DNA from: an uncultured Gemmatimonadaceae bacterium
Lineage (GTDB): Bacteria; Gemmatimonadota; Gemmatimonadetes; Gemmatimonadales; Gemmatimonadaceae
NCBI GenBank assembly: GCA_963790305.1
Contig: CAWBOC010000005.1
Coordinates: 384,001 to 448,000, forward strand
Length of the DNA: 64,000 bases
Direction: 5' to 3'
Position 1 is the stretch's first letter; every line of letters begins with the position of its first letter. The position numbers were made by a program, and so were the translations under genes. Shown in pieces: positions 56,187 through 64,000 of the stretch. A model generated the notes under the pieces. It made no database searches. It worked only from the letters and a program-made list of their open reading frames with translations, and was not told where the DNA came from.

Positions 56187-56729
56187 TCATTCGCTGGCGG
56201 TTTTGGCTCCAAGCGCGCGCTCGAGCTCGCGCAGCAACGTCGTGTCGTTGGCACGCACCGGGCCAACGTGGCGCCACCGGAGCACTCCGTCGCGGTCGAT
56301 CAGGAAGGTGGCGGGCACTCCAATGGCGAGAAAGGTCGACTGCACCCGCTCGTCGGGGTCGAGCCACAGCGGATACGTCATCTGGAAGTCCTGGGCGAAT
56401 TCCCGAATCGTCTCTTCCTCGCCACGGGCGTCCACGCTCACACCGATCAGCTCGAGACCTCGCCCCGCATAACGCTCGTGAAGCGCCTGAAGGATGGGAA
56501 TCTCCGCTCGGCACGGATGACACCAGGTGGCCCACACGTTCAGCAGCACGACCCGGCCGCGCGCCTGGTCCAGCGCTACCGAGTCTCCAGCGAGCGAGAC
56601 GGCCCGATAGGCGGGCGCAGGTTGGCCAATCTCGGGACGGCGACCTCGTCGGTTGTCATCCTGCGTGCACGCAATGGCCACCGTGAGCGTCACCGCGGTG
56701 ACCGCGAGGGGGAGCGCGCGGACAGCCAT
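56187..56729 (-). CDS. TlpA/ResA-like thioredoxin lipoprotein
   Basis: NVWATWCHPCRAE.P, GVP.TFLIDR.G; lipobox AIA-C. Confidence 0.94.
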   Translation of the reverse strand: MAVRALPLAVTAVTLTVAIACTQDDNRRGRRPEIGQPAPAYRAVSLAGDSVALDQARGRVVLLNVWATWCHPCRAEIPILQALHERYAGRGLELIGVSVDARGEEETIREFAQDFQMTYPLWLDPDERVQSTFLAIGVPATFLIDRDGVLRWRHVGPVRANDTTLLRELERALGAKTASE

Positions 56730-57961
56730 CACCGTTGGCCGTCGAGGCGCGTGCGGGCCACGCGAATCCGTGACGGCGTGCCGGTCTCGGTCCATGCGAC
56801 GATGAGATCGCCTTCCCGCGCCACCATGCGTGGAAAGCCGCTGGCGCGCGCGCCCGTCGTCCGTGCGATGAGCGTCGAGGGACCTCGGGCGCCGTTGGCG
56901 CTCACCCGCCTGACGCGAACGTCTGCCTGCTGCTCGGTTGTGAACTCCATCCAGCTCACGATGGCGCCGCCTCGATCGTCCAGCTCCACGTCCACACGGC
57001 CGACTGGGCTGCCGTCATCGATGCGAACAGGCGGGTCAAAGCTGACGCCGGCGTCGGTCGACGTCGCGAGATAGACGCGCGCAGTATCCCGGGCATTGGT
57101 GAACCACGCCACCGCAACGCGTTCATCGGCAGCGGCGATCGCCGGTCCGTTGACCGGACAGGCATCGATGTTCCACTTGTCCGCGTGCACCGGTATCCCG
57201 CGACTCCACCCCGAATCCGACCACCGGGCGACGCTGATGTCGCGAATCTCGCCGTCCAGACGGTCGCGATAGACGACGATGGGTCCCGACGACGCGACCG
57301 CCAGGGAAGTCTGACAGCAATCGCACACGCGCTCATCGAGGATGCGTTCGGATCCTGGGTCCCCAGCCGGCCCCATGGCGGTCATGAGGAGCATCATGTT
57401 GGCGCTTTGACCCTTCTCCGCTCGCGCGAAGTTCCGTCCGTCGAGCCAGATCGCGCCTAACGAATCGCGGAAGGGAAACAGCGAGACGAACCCGTGCTCG
57501 GTCGGCGTGCCGTCACGGTGGGGCACGACCGGCGCGCTCCACGTTTCGCCGCCGTCCGTGGACTGCGAAATACGCACATCGTACGCATATCGTGCGCTTC
57601 CGCTTCGCTGCAGCCAATGCGCGGCCAGCCTGCGTTCCGAGAGCGGGACGAGCGATGGGAAATCCGCCCAGTTCACGAAGAAGTCCGTTCGTCGGGCGAT
57701 CGTCCGTGGCGCCGACCACGCACCGTTCTCGAGCGTCGAGAAGCGTAGCGCGTGCCCTGAATCCCCGGCCGGCTCGAGCCACGAGAGGTATACGCGACCG
57801 TCGGGGCCGGCAGAGAGATTCGGCTCGCCGCTGCCGCTCGCGGCCGGCGAGGCGAGCGTGTCGATCGGTCCGACCGTGATCGCGTCGCTTTCAATGCCGG
57901 TGCAGCCAAGAACCAGCGTCAACAGCAGACTTGGTGTGCGCACGATCGGCCTGCGGTGCAT
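56729..57961 (-). CDS. BNR/Asp-box beta-propeller lipoprotein with CDCC and CP motifs
   Basis: STDGGETWS and STDAGVSF Asp boxes; FVNWADFP, EHGFVS, VCDCC, W..DACPVNGP. Confidence 0.85.
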   Translation of the reverse strand: MHRRPIVRTPSLLLTLVLGCTGIESDAITVGPIDTLASPAASGSGEPNLSAGPDGRVYLSWLEPAGDSGHALRFSTLENGAWSAPRTIARRTDFFVNWADFPSLVPLSERRLAAHWLQRSGSARYAYDVRISQSTDGGETWSAPVVPHRDGTPTEHGFVSLFPFRDSLGAIWLDGRNFARAEKGQSANMMLLMTAMGPAGDPGSERILDERVCDCCQTSLAVASSGPIVVYRDRLDGEIRDISVARWSDSGWSRGIPVHADKWNIDACPVNGPAIAAADERVAVAWFTNARDTARVYLATSTDAGVSFDPPVRIDDGSPVGRVDVELDDRGGAIVSWMEFTTEQQADVRVRRVSANGARGPSTLIARTTGARASGFPRMVAREGDLIVAWTETGTPSRIRVARTRLDGQR

Positions 57962-58182
57962 GTCGAAGCTCCTCGGTGTGGGCGCGTGCGGCCCAGGGCG
58001 TGACAGTGTAGCACACGCGGTTGCCCCTGTCAGGAACGGGTCGTAAATCAAAGCCGTCGCCGTACGAGGCATGTCGTTCACACGCGAATCAATGCGCTTG
58101 GGCGCGCCGCACTTCTCTGCTCTTTACATATGCGACAGCTTGGCACGCTGCTCGTGCCGTGAACCTCCAGATTGGAGACTGC

Positions 58183-58821
58183 ATGCATACCGTCGCTTTA
58201 GCGAGCGTCGTTCTCGCCGTGGCCCTTTCGGCGTGTGGAGGCGGGGGTGGGGGAACGCAGCCACCACCGCCGCAGGCGGTGTTCACCTCCCTGGCAATCG
58301 CTCCAACCAATCCCGACCTCGTGGTCCGCGACACGGTTCAGATGAGCGCGACCCCGCGCGACCAGAACGGTGCGCCAATGTCGGGATTGGGGGCCGCGAC
58401 ATTCACGCGAGTGGGAGCTGGGACGGCTGCGTCCGTGTCGCCGACCGGGCGCGTAATCGGTGAGCAACCGGGGTCCGCTCAGATTCAAGCCTCGCTGACC
58501 TCGGGTGGCACCACACTCACCGCCTCGACAAACGCGACGGTTAGCGCCCTGAGCGCTACCGCCAGTGTGACGGCGAGCGGTGTGGGATCGGCCTTCAGCC
58601 CTGACACCGTCAAGATCGCGGAGAACGGCACCGTGACGTGGAGCTTCCCCGGTCCGGAGACGCATAACGTCACCTTCGATGGAGGGCCTCCCGCTGGTGG
58701 AAACATCCCCGATCGCAACACTGGGAATGAAGCGCGCACGTTCACAAGCGCCGGCCGTTTTTCGTATCGCTGCACGCGCCACGCGGGAATGAACGGGGCT
58801 GTCATCGTGCGCACCCCGTAA
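58183..58821 (+). CDS. lipoprotein with Ig-like and cupredoxin domains
   Basis: Lipobox LSA-C; Big_2-like middle; HNV and Y.CTRHAGM type-1 Cu ligands. Confidence 0.87.
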   Translation: MHTVALASVVLAVALSACGGGGGGTQPPPPQAVFTSLAIAPTNPDLVVRDTVQMSATPRDQNGAPMSGLGAATFTRVGAGTAASVSPTGRVIGEQPGSAQIQASLTSGGTTLTASTNATVSALSATASVTASGVGSAFSPDTVKIAENGTVTWSFPGPETHNVTFDGGPPAGGNIPDRNTGNEARTFTSAGRFSYRCTRHAGMNGAVIVRTP

Positions 58822-58844
58822 GGTTCAAGGGCAGGCCAGGCTCG

Positions 58845-58873
58845 ACGGGCACGCGCCATGCGCGTGCCCGTTT
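58845..58873 (+). terminator. stem-loop terminator
   Basis: ACGGGCACGCGC-cat-GCGCGTGCCCGT then TT. Confidence 0.65.
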
Positions 58874-58887
58874 GCCATCCGGACCGC

Positions 58888-58905
58888 TTGTGAATAAGTT
58901 CACGA
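58888..58905. promoter_or_regulatory. CRP-family or Rex operator-like palindrome
   Basis: TTGTGAATAAGTTCACGA; one mismatch to both TGTGA-N6-TCACA and TTGTGAA-N4-TTCACAA. Confidence 0.65.
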
Positions 58906-58975
58906 GGTCCGCGGGACTCGCGGAATCACGAGGCGATTTCTTCGTTAGACTAGCACGACTTGGAGGCTTCTCGGT

Positions 58976-59470
58976 ATGCGGTTCTACGCTTTGACAGCGG
59001 CGAGCATCCTCGTCCTCGGCGCATGCGCCGGCGGCGACACGGCGAACGAAAGCACGACCGACACGGCCGCGACGACGGCCACCCCGACTCCGCCGGCGGG
59101 CGGAGGCCAGACTACGACGGGAGCAGCGATCACCGGCACCACGCACGAAGTTCGGATGCTCCTCGATGGACAAACCTACAAGTTCGATCCGGCCAATCTG
59201 ACCATTAAGCAGGGCGATGGGGTGAAGTGGGTCATGGTCTCCGGGGGTCCACATAACGTGGCCTTCGACCCGGCCAAAGTTCCGGATGACGTGGAGTCGG
59301 TGCTCTCGGCGAACATGCCGAACCAGCAGATGCCCCTCTCCAGCCCCTTCATGATGCAGCCAACCGAGTCGTACACGATTTCGTTCGCGGGTGTGAAGCC
59401 GGGCACCTACGACTACGTGTGCACGCCACACGTCATGATGGGAATGACCGGCAAGATCACGGTGCAGTGA
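58976..59470 (+). CDS. plastocyanin-like blue copper lipoprotein
   Basis: Lipobox LGA-C, Thr/Pro linker, GGPHNV, Y.CTPH..MGM; GGAGG RBS. Confidence 0.94.
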   Translation: MRFYALTAASILVLGACAGGDTANESTTDTAATTATPTPPAGGGQTTTGAAITGTTHEVRMLLDGQTYKFDPANLTIKQGDGVKWVMVSGGPHNVAFDPAKVPDDVESVLSANMPNQQMPLSSPFMMQPTESYTISFAGVKPGTYDYVCTPHVMMGMTGKITVQ

Positions 59471-59497
59471 TCCAGGTCCGAATCGCAAAAGTTCTTT

Positions 59498-59531
59498 CGA
59501 GGGGAGCCAAGTGGCTCCCCTCGTTGATTTT
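59498..59531 (+). terminator. intrinsic terminator
   Basis: CGAGGGGAGCCA-ag-TGGCTCCCCTCG then TTGATTTT. Confidence 0.8.
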
Positions 59532-59572
59532 GCGCCGCAAAATGAGGCTGGGGAAGGCCGATCCGACTGTAA

Positions 59573-59588
59573 CGGCAACGTTCCTGCA
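59573..59588 (+). promoter_or_regulatory. putative sigma54 promoter
   Basis: CGGCAACGTTCCTGCA (GG-N10-GC); palindrome ATTTTGCG-C-CGCAAAAT at 59527-43 upstream. Confidence 0.5.
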
Positions 59589-59620
59589 ATGATCAGGGCC
59601 AGACGCAGCATGGAGTCGGC

Positions 59621-60103
59621 ATGATCGAGACGTGGACGGATTTGCTGGATTTCGTGTGGTGGGTGATGACGGGCCGTGAAGACCGGCCGCGTTTTCGCAT
59701 GAGTCTCCGACCCTCCCGCTCGGCGCTCGCGGCCGTCGGCTGGGCGTGGATGAGCGCGCTCGTGCTCCTCTCCGCGTTCATCTTCACCGGTGACGTGAAC
59801 AATCCGGTACCCACCTGGGTGTTCGCAGTGATGGGAGCGATCGCGCTGTTATGGGCGCCGACCCAATACGCGTTGTTCGCGAACGCACAGCGGTTCCGCC
59901 GCTTCGCCGTCATTGCACTGGTGATTGGCGCTCCGGTGTGGGTTCTTCCGGTTCCTCCCGACGTCGCGCTCTCAGGAGTGCATCGCTTCGCGCTGTGGGC
60001 GCTCTTCGGAATAGCTACTGCGCTCGCGGCCCCACTCCTTGCACTACCCCTGCGGATGCTGCGTCCGAGTCCATCCCCGGCGCGTCACTCGATTAGCGAC
60101 TGA
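59621..60103 (+). CDS. hypothetical membrane protein (about 4 TM)
   Basis: GGAG RBS, hydrophobic segments. Confidence 0.65.
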   Translation: MIETWTDLLDFVWWVMTGREDRPRFRMSLRPSRSALAAVGWAWMSALVLLSAFIFTGDVNNPVPTWVFAVMGAIALLWAPTQYALFANAQRFRRFAVIALVIGAPVWVLPVPPDVALSGVHRFALWALFGIATALAAPLLALPLRMLRPSPSPARHSISD

Positions 60104-60132
60104 GCACGCGGCGCCGCTCATGCGGCGCCCGC

Positions 60133-60399
60133 GTGCCGCGTGACGCACGCTTCGTGGAGCTCTGGCTCGGCGTCGTTACCTTCGTGGCCGGAAGCGTCCT
60201 GTGGCGCGTCGCGAGCCGAGAGCGAGCAATCGTGGCGCCGTGGCTCCCGCGCCTGGGTCTCGGAATCGCCGTGCTCGGCCTGGGCACACTTGCCATTACG
60301 CTGGAAGGCGTCGTCTGGAACTTCGTGTCCATCATCGCGAGCCTCATCGCGATCGGCGTGATCGTCTCCGTCATTCTGGAGATTCTGCGACGTCGATGA
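60133..60399 (+). CDS. small hypothetical membrane protein (3 TM)
   Basis: Three hydrophobic segments and a basic C-terminus. Confidence 0.6.
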   Translation: MPRDARFVELWLGVVTFVAGSVLWRVASRERAIVAPWLPRLGLGIAVLGLGTLAITLEGVVWNFVSIIASLIAIGVIVSVILEILRRR

Positions 60400-60484
60400 G
60401 CGTCGCGGAGCCTTGCCGACGCGGGCTCCGCGGCCGATACTCGCCCACGGTGTCATCCCTTGTCTTCGACATGAGCGTCGCGTA

Positions 60485-62347
60485 ATGGAGGGGTCGGAGT
60501 CTCCGCTCACGTCAGGCGAACGGGGTCCCGACGACCGCCCCGGCGAATCGTTAGGTCCCGACGTCGCCGACCCGGTCGGACTGCTGCTCGCCGAACCGGT
60601 TCCTCCCGCGTCGGTGGGGACGTGGCTCGGTCGACGCGCGCGGAACGCGGCTCGCCGCACGGCGCTGCTCGGCACCGCCGGAGGGCTCGTGTTCGTGGCG
60701 ATGCTGGTAACGCTCATCGTCATTCCCCACCGAGCCCGGCGCGCCGCGGCGGCGATCATGCCCCGTGCCGGCGAGCGGCCGGACACCGCTCGCCTGATGG
60801 CCGCCGACGCGGGCGCAGCGCAGGACCTCGCACGTACCGAAGCGGCCCTCGCCAACGCGCGGGCTCGCGCCGCGCGACGAGCCCTCCCGCCGCCGCCGGA
60901 CACGCTTCCTACCGCGGTTCGCCTGCGACGCGACTCGCTTCAGGGGGCAATCGCGCGACTCACCACGGTGCTCGAACGAGCCGAGGCGGCACCGCTGTTC
61001 GCGTCGTACCGGGCGTTAGGCACCACGCCCGAGCTCCAGGGCGAGCCGCGCGTTACGGCACTGCTCGACTCGCTCGCCGAGATCGAGCGTCAGCGTGATG
61101 CGTTTGGCGCGACCGGCGGCGTCGATCCCTTGTTCGTTGCACTCACCTCGCGCGCCGGCGAGCTCGGTCGCGCCCTGCATCAGATCGGCGCGACCCGGCG
61201 AACCGCCCTCCGAGAGGAGGTCGAGCGACTGCGACCATCGCCGCGGCCTGTGGTGACGCTCCCTCCAGTCGACACGATGCCGGCAGCCTACGCGCGCGAC
61301 TCGGCTCGTGGGGCGGTCGCGCGTGCCCGTGCGGCGCTGGCCAGCGCTCGTGACCGCAACCGTCAGCTCGATGCGCGTCAGCGTCGAGCTCGAGAAATCT
61401 CGGCCATCGCGGCGTCCCCGCCGGCGATGCTCGCGGCCTCGCTCATCTTCGGCCTCGCGGCTGGATTCGCGATCGCATTGATGGCCGAACTCCGAAGTCC
61501 GCGCGTAGCCGACACGAAGGAAGCCGAGCGGTTGGTCGCGCTTCCGGTGATTGGACGTGTGGGTCCGACCGAGCGAGTGCCCGAACGTTCGCGCCGCCGC
61601 GCCGATCGGGAGGTGGCGCCTGTCATCGACCAGGCCACGGACACGTATCGCCAGCTCTACCTCTCGCTGGCCGATGCCGCCACGAACCTCCCCCTCATCG
61701 CGATCACCGGTGACGAACCGTCCGTGGTCGCCACAATGGCCATCAACCTCGCGGTGGCGGCATCACACCAGGCGCGACATGCGCTCGTCATCGACGCGGA
61801 CGTCACCGTGCATTCCGTCTCCGCGGCGCTCCACATCCCGCCAGCTCCCGGAGCGACGGAGTCCCTCACGGGGGAAGTGGAGTGGCCCGAAGTCATCATT
61901 CACGCGGTCGTGGGCCGGGACCGCACGATCGATGTGATCCCCGCTGGCCGGCGGCGCACGCCGAATGAAGTTGCCGCACGCACCCTTCGTGAAGCGGTGG
62001 CGCACCTCGCACGGCGGTACGATACGGTCGTCGTGAGCGCGCCATGGCTGCGGGAGGTTCCGCTCGAGGAAACGATATCGGCGTCGAGGGACATTGTGAT
62101 CGTCGCGCGAACCGGGCGCACGACCGCCGTCGGGCTCAAGCGCCTCGTGGCCGCGATCGGTCAAGCTGGCGGCACCGTGCGCGGCGTCGTGGTCTGGGAA
62201 GCTGCGGACCCCGCCATTCCGTTCCTCTCCGAAGTCCCGGAGCGAACGTCGCTCCTCCCACGCTATGCCTCGATGCGTCGCGGAGATAACCAGCCCGAGA
62301 CCGACGCGAACGAACGCCGGCAAGACGCGGTGACCGGCCAAGATTAA
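60485..62347 (+). CDS. Wzc/GumC-like polysaccharide co-polymerase with degenerate BY-kinase domain
   Basis: TM, long coiled coil, TM, then AINLA, LVIDAD, YDTVVV, G.VRGVV of the CpsD/CapB fold. Confidence 0.8.
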   Translation: MEGSESPLTSGERGPDDRPGESLGPDVADPVGLLLAEPVPPASVGTWLGRRARNAARRTALLGTAGGLVFVAMLVTLIVIPHRARRAAAAIMPRAGERPDTARLMAADAGAAQDLARTEAALANARARAARRALPPPPDTLPTAVRLRRDSLQGAIARLTTVLERAEAAPLFASYRALGTTPELQGEPRVTALLDSLAEIERQRDAFGATGGVDPLFVALTSRAGELGRALHQIGATRRTALREEVERLRPSPRPVVTLPPVDTMPAAYARDSARGAVARARAALASARDRNRQLDARQRRAREISAIAASPPAMLAASLIFGLAAGFAIALMAELRSPRVADTKEAERLVALPVIGRVGPTERVPERSRRRADREVAPVIDQATDTYRQLYLSLADAATNLPLIAITGDEPSVVATMAINLAVAASHQARHALVIDADVTVHSVSAALHIPPAPGATESLTGEVEWPEVIIHAVVGRDRTIDVIPAGRRRTPNEVAARTLREAVAHLARRYDTVVVSAPWLREVPLEETISASRDIVIVARTGRTTAVGLKRLVAAIGQAGGTVRGVVVWEAADPAIPFLSEVPERTSLLPRYASMRRGDNQPETDANERRQDAVTGQD

Positions 62348-62395
62348 GGTCGTCCCATGAGTGACGGGATCATTGGTCGATGCTAATGATCCGAA

Positions 62396-63631
62396 TTGCC
62401 CGTCCACGGCTACGGACACTCTTCGAGGCGAACCTTGCGCGCGACGCTGCCGCTCGGGCTGGTTTGGCTGATCGCGGGGCTCACGGCGTGTACCGAAGCC
62501 CCAACAGGCGTCTCGGCTCCGGCGACTCCTATGGGGCCCGCGCCGACGGGCGTCGTCATGCTGCAGGGCACGGTCGATCTGGACCGCGGCACGCTCGAGT
62601 TCGCGCCGATCGCGCCAAGTGCGCTCTCTGGATTCGCGCCAGCGATCTACGGCGATCAGAACGTCAACATCCGTCTCTACAACTCTCCCGTGGTGCTCGA
62701 CAGCAGCACGAGCACGTGGCGCTGGACGGCGAATGTCGGCGCTCGGAACCTGCGACCGCATCCCATCGGCGATGAGGAGATCTCGGCAGCACCGCTCGAT
62801 ACGATCGGACTGTACGTCTTCTTCGTGCAGGAGCCGGTCGCTGGCCAACCATGCAGTGGCTGCTTCGCTCGCATCGCGAATTTCCAGGGCACGATGAGCT
62901 TCGACGCTCCCCAACGAAAATATTTCCATTGGCCGGAGCGACTCGGCGAAATGGGCTCGCCGCTCGGGGACACCACTCGCGCCCGGCGCACGTGGACGTT
63001 CGAGACGAGTGCTGGTGTGCGCTCGTTCTCGTTCACGGTGCTGGTCTCCGCCGCGTGGCCGGCGCCTTACGAGACCCGGTGGCGGGTCGAATACACCGCC
63101 GACGCGTTGCCCGCGAACTCGGCGCCGGGGTGGAAGTTCGCGGGAAGCGGCGGAAATGCGAGCGTGAGCGGCGGAAGTCTGCTGCTTCGCGGACGGTTTT
63201 CCGGCCTCTTTTACCGGCGAGACCCCATCGCACCCACGCAGAACGCCTACGTCCATAGCGTCGTGCGTTTCAGCGGAGGGGGCTCCCGACCCGAGATAGG
63301 GCTCCTGCTCAGCGACCGCGTAAAGCTCATTGGCCTTGGCGTCGCGAACGGACTCGTCGGACTCATCTCGAGCGCAGGGACCTTCCTGCCCGGCACGACC
63401 TCCTCGCTGGGAAACGGAGCGCATGAGCTGCAGCTGCGAAAGTATGCAGCGGACAGCGCCGTCTACTTCGTGGACGGCACACGGCGTGGGGCGATGTCGT
63501 ATTCGAATCTCTCGGACGACACGTTCACGCCGGCATCGTCGTCGGTTTCGTTTGGCGGACTTCCCACGACCGACGGCAGCAACTCGACGTGGGAAACCCT
63601 CATCTACGAGATTGGCGTGGCGTCTCCGTAG
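62396..63631 (+). CDS. hypothetical lipoprotein (beta-rich, possible lectin-like C-terminus)
   Basis: Lipobox LTA-C; start uncertain. Confidence 0.7.
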   Translation: MPVHGYGHSSRRTLRATLPLGLVWLIAGLTACTEAPTGVSAPATPMGPAPTGVVMLQGTVDLDRGTLEFAPIAPSALSGFAPAIYGDQNVNIRLYNSPVVLDSSTSTWRWTANVGARNLRPHPIGDEEISAAPLDTIGLYVFFVQEPVAGQPCSGCFARIANFQGTMSFDAPQRKYFHWPERLGEMGSPLGDTTRARRTWTFETSAGVRSFSFTVLVSAAWPAPYETRWRVEYTADALPANSAPGWKFAGSGGNASVSGGSLLLRGRFSGLFYRRDPIAPTQNAYVHSVVRFSGGGSRPEIGLLLSDRVKLIGLGVANGLVGLISSAGTFLPGTTSSLGNGAHELQLRKYAADSAVYFVDGTRRGAMSYSNLSDDTFTPASSSVSFGGLPTTDGSNSTWETLIYEIGVASP

Positions 63632-63738
63632 CGGTCGTCACTTACTTCGCGCGACTTTCGTCGTCCTTCCTGCGCTGCGCTCCTGTCCTCCGGGGCCGTT
63701 CCACCCGCACCTTCGTCAGGTTCTCCCCCATCGGCTTC

Positions 63739-64000
63739 ATGCGCTACAGCATCTCTCCCGACGCGGCATTTGCCGCAGTCGAAGATGGCGCCGTCGTGCT
63801 TCACATGGGCACGAAACGCTACTATTCGCTCAACGAGACGGGCACCTTCGTGTGGCACCGGCTCGAGGACGGAATCGCGCGCGCCGAGATCGTGGCGCAA
63901 GTCGTCGATGCGTACGACGTGGGGATCGCGGAAGCGGAAATGGCTGTCGCGCGGCTACTGGATGAGCTCGTGCAGGAGAGCCTGATTCGCATCACGGCGC
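63739..64000 (+). CDS. PqqD-family protein (RiPP recognition element), truncated at window end
   Basis: Manual translation: MRYSISPDAAFAAVEDGAVVLHMGTKRYYSLNETGTFVWHRLEDGIARAEIVAQVVDAYDVGIAEAEMAVARLLDELVQESLI; YY.LN.TG..VW..L and L..L....LI are PqqD hallmarks; absent from the ORF track. Confidence 0.9.
   Translation, partial: MRYSISPDAAFAAVEDGAVVLHMGTKRYYSLNETGTFVWHRLEDGIARAEIVAQVVDAYDVGIAEAEMAVARLLDELVQESLIRITA

Noticed and set aside
58141..58158. TGGCACG sigma54-like element before the Ig-cupredoxin gene
   Set aside because: The -12 position reads GT rather than GC; may just be the GGCACG-N5-CGTGCC inverted repeat
58889..58897. Perfect DnaA box TTATTCACA (minus strand)
   Set aside because: Single copy, better explained as one arm of the CRP/Rex-type palindrome
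62367..62392. Hairpin GGATCATTGG-tcgatg-CTAATGATCC between the Wzc-like and lipoprotein genes
   Set aside because: No U tail or recognisable family; insufficient support for a function
61763..63424. 553-aa minus-strand ORF
   Set aside because: Arg-rich shadow of two plus-strand genes

Overview
Replication-origin region of a high-GC bacterium. A Gemmatimonadota assignment is inferred from gene repertoire and protein style, not verified. The left end carries yidC-yidD-rnpA-rpmH, then divergent dnaA-oriC-dnaN, and rnpB. Next come signalling genes, a GWxTD/lytic-transglycosylase operon, cspA, polA, a sigma54-type pilin locus and a split nucleoside ABC transporter operon. These are followed by parA-parB-M23-bactofilin with two variant parS palindromes, mnmG, several hydrolases, a GMC/Gfo oxidoreductase operon and an ABC-F gene. 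The right part holds a 7-gene cluster with three amide-bond ligases, murB, a copper/cupredoxin neighbourhood and the start of a Wzc-like/PqqD locus. No rRNA, tRNA, CRISPR array or mobile element was recognised. The most notable observations are: (1) the esterase-esterase-ATP-grasp-cpATP-grasp-GCS2-PuuD-DASS cluster, a candidate uncharacterised gamma-glutamyl peptide synthesis/turnover system; (2) a beta-clamp-binding-like motif (QMDFF) inside DnaA; (3) a strand-mirrored AT-enrichment trough centred on oriC; (4) non-canonical parS sites; (5) a DnaA-box cluster about 26.6 kb from oriC; (6) rnpA lacking a canonical start for its conserved N-terminus. All product calls come from motif recognition by eye; no database search was run.
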